NCBI GenBank assembly: GCA_017882055.1
Contig: JADGQE010000002.1
Location: forward strand, 1-35,850
Reading direction: 5' to 3'
Source: Thermoflexales bacterium
GTDB lineage: Bacteria > Chloroflexota > Anaerolineae > Fen-1058
Length of the DNA stretch: 35,850 nt
Positions 35,381 to 35,850 of the stretch are shown here, one piece after another. A program made the position numbers and the translations under genes. The notes under the pieces were generated by a model that ran no database searches, was not told the DNA's origin, and worked only from the letters and a program-made list of their open reading frames with translations. How positions within the stretch are numbered: the stretch's first letter is position 1; each line of letters starts with the position of its first letter.

Positions 35381-35671
35381 TCAGCCCAACTCCGCGCCCA
35401 AGTCCTGCCACGCAGGATTGCGCGACTCAATCAGCGCGATTTTCTTTTCGCGCCGCCAACCCTTGAGTTCTTTCTCGCGCGCGAGGGCCGCCTGCACGTC
35501 TTCCGTGCTTTCGTAGTAGACCAGCAAGGTGCAGTCATACTTCTGCGTGAAGCCTTCCACCAATTTCTGCTGATGTTGCGCGACGCGCCGCCGCAGGTCG
35601 TTCGTCATGCCGATGTAGATCACGCGCGAGTGGCTGGCCATGATGTAGACGTAGTAGTGTTTGGTGAGCAT
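35381..35671 (-). CDS. GIY-YIG nuclease family protein (small stand-alone URI domain)
   Basis: YYVYIMAS..VIYIGMTNDLRRRVAQH..., conserved Glu region AREKELKGWRREKK, 96 aa. GGAG SD 7 nt upstream. Confidence 0.9.
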   Translation of the reverse strand: MLTKHYYVYIMASHSRVIYIGMTNDLRRRVAQHQQKLVEGFTQKYDCTLLVYYESTEDVQAALAREKELKGWRREKKIALIESRNPAWQDLGAELG

Positions 35672-35693
35672 GTAATGCTCCAGTCATGTGTAA

Positions 35694-35737
35694 TGTCATT
35701 CCGAACGGTTGGTGTGTCATTCTGAACGCGGCTAGTG
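35694..35737. repeat. two iterated solo end units of the MITE-like family
   Basis: TGTCATTCCGAACGG (35694) and TGTCATTCTGAACGCG (35715) are in phase with the end of copy C at 35738 (spacings 21 and 23 bp). Confidence 0.65.
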
Positions 35738-35836
35738 TGTCATTCCGAACGGAGTGAGGAATCTTTCACGCGGCAGGCTGTGTGACTGTCTGTACCAGAG
35801 ATTCCTCGTCGCACAAGCATGCTCCTCGGAATGACA
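35738..35836. mobile_element. MITE-like element copy C (short variant, 99 bp)
   Basis: It has the same TIRs (GTGTCATTCCGAACGGAGTGA ... CTCCTCGGAATGACAC) and inner GGAATCT / AGAGATTCC repeat. It lacks the CGCCTGGCGGCCCACCGGCGC... segment of copies A and B. Confidence 0.65.
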
Positions 35837-35850
35837 CGGCACTGCGAGGG

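Noticed and set aside
35162-35725. 187-aa + strand ORF spanning repeat copy B and the GIY-YIG locus
   Set aside because: It reads through the repeat element and is antisense to a gene with a clear GIY-YIG signature.
35694-35760. Short regularly spaced direct repeats that might suggest a CRISPR array
   Set aside because: There are only three units of about 15 bp with 6-7-bp spacers. They are the end units of the MITE-like family, not repeat-spacer architecture.

Overview
Chromosomal window from a moderately GC-rich bacterium. Gene content, Pro/Thr-rich envelope proteins and the repeat families look Chloroflexota-like, but that is inference only. I support about 32 protein-coding genes plus one gene remnant, and found no rRNA, tRNA or CRISPR array. 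Left third (+ strand): a 1141-aa membrane-anchored cell-wall amidase, a cNMP-binding/PP2C phosphatase, two tandem SH3b paralogues, a lipoprotein, an MNT antitoxin with a decayed HEPN partner, a lone xanthine-dehydrogenase-family Mo subunit, a PAS histidine kinase and MoeA. Middle: a DUF1540-like polyacidic protein, an S1-domain protein, a DUF3795-recA operon, NUDIX, MIase-like and aldo-keto reductase genes, a peroxiredoxin-like gene interrupted by one in-frame TGA, a GH3 beta-glucosidase, a pentapeptide-repeat protein, a GDP-mannose-3,5-epimerase-like enzyme and a heterodimeric ABC exporter. Right third (- strand): a RelE/ParE TA pair, an AddB/UvrD-like P-loop protein, dinB and an unknown 143-aa gene. 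It ends with an AT-richer islet carrying an HNH-AP2 endonuclease and a tyrosine recombinase, then a GIY-YIG gene embedded in MITE-like repeats. Four observations stand out. (1) The TGA sits at the first Cys position of a CxxC redox motif and has a hairpin downstream, making a candidate UxxC selenoprotein. (2) A 16-bp imperfect palindrome, TAGAAC-N4-GTGCTA, lies in the same register inside the promoters of the recA operon and the dinB operon, making a candidate LexA/SOS operator. (3) That operator defines an uncharacterised, putatively damage-inducible cassette: unknown 143-aa protein, intrinsic terminator, Pol IV, nuclease-less AddB-like protein, TA pair. (4) A nested-inverted-repeat MITE-like family (3 full copies, fragments, and end units iterated every 21-23 bp) brackets the GIY-YIG gene and abuts the truncated HEPN gene. 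All functional calls rest on motif recognition by eye; no database search or folding computation was possible.
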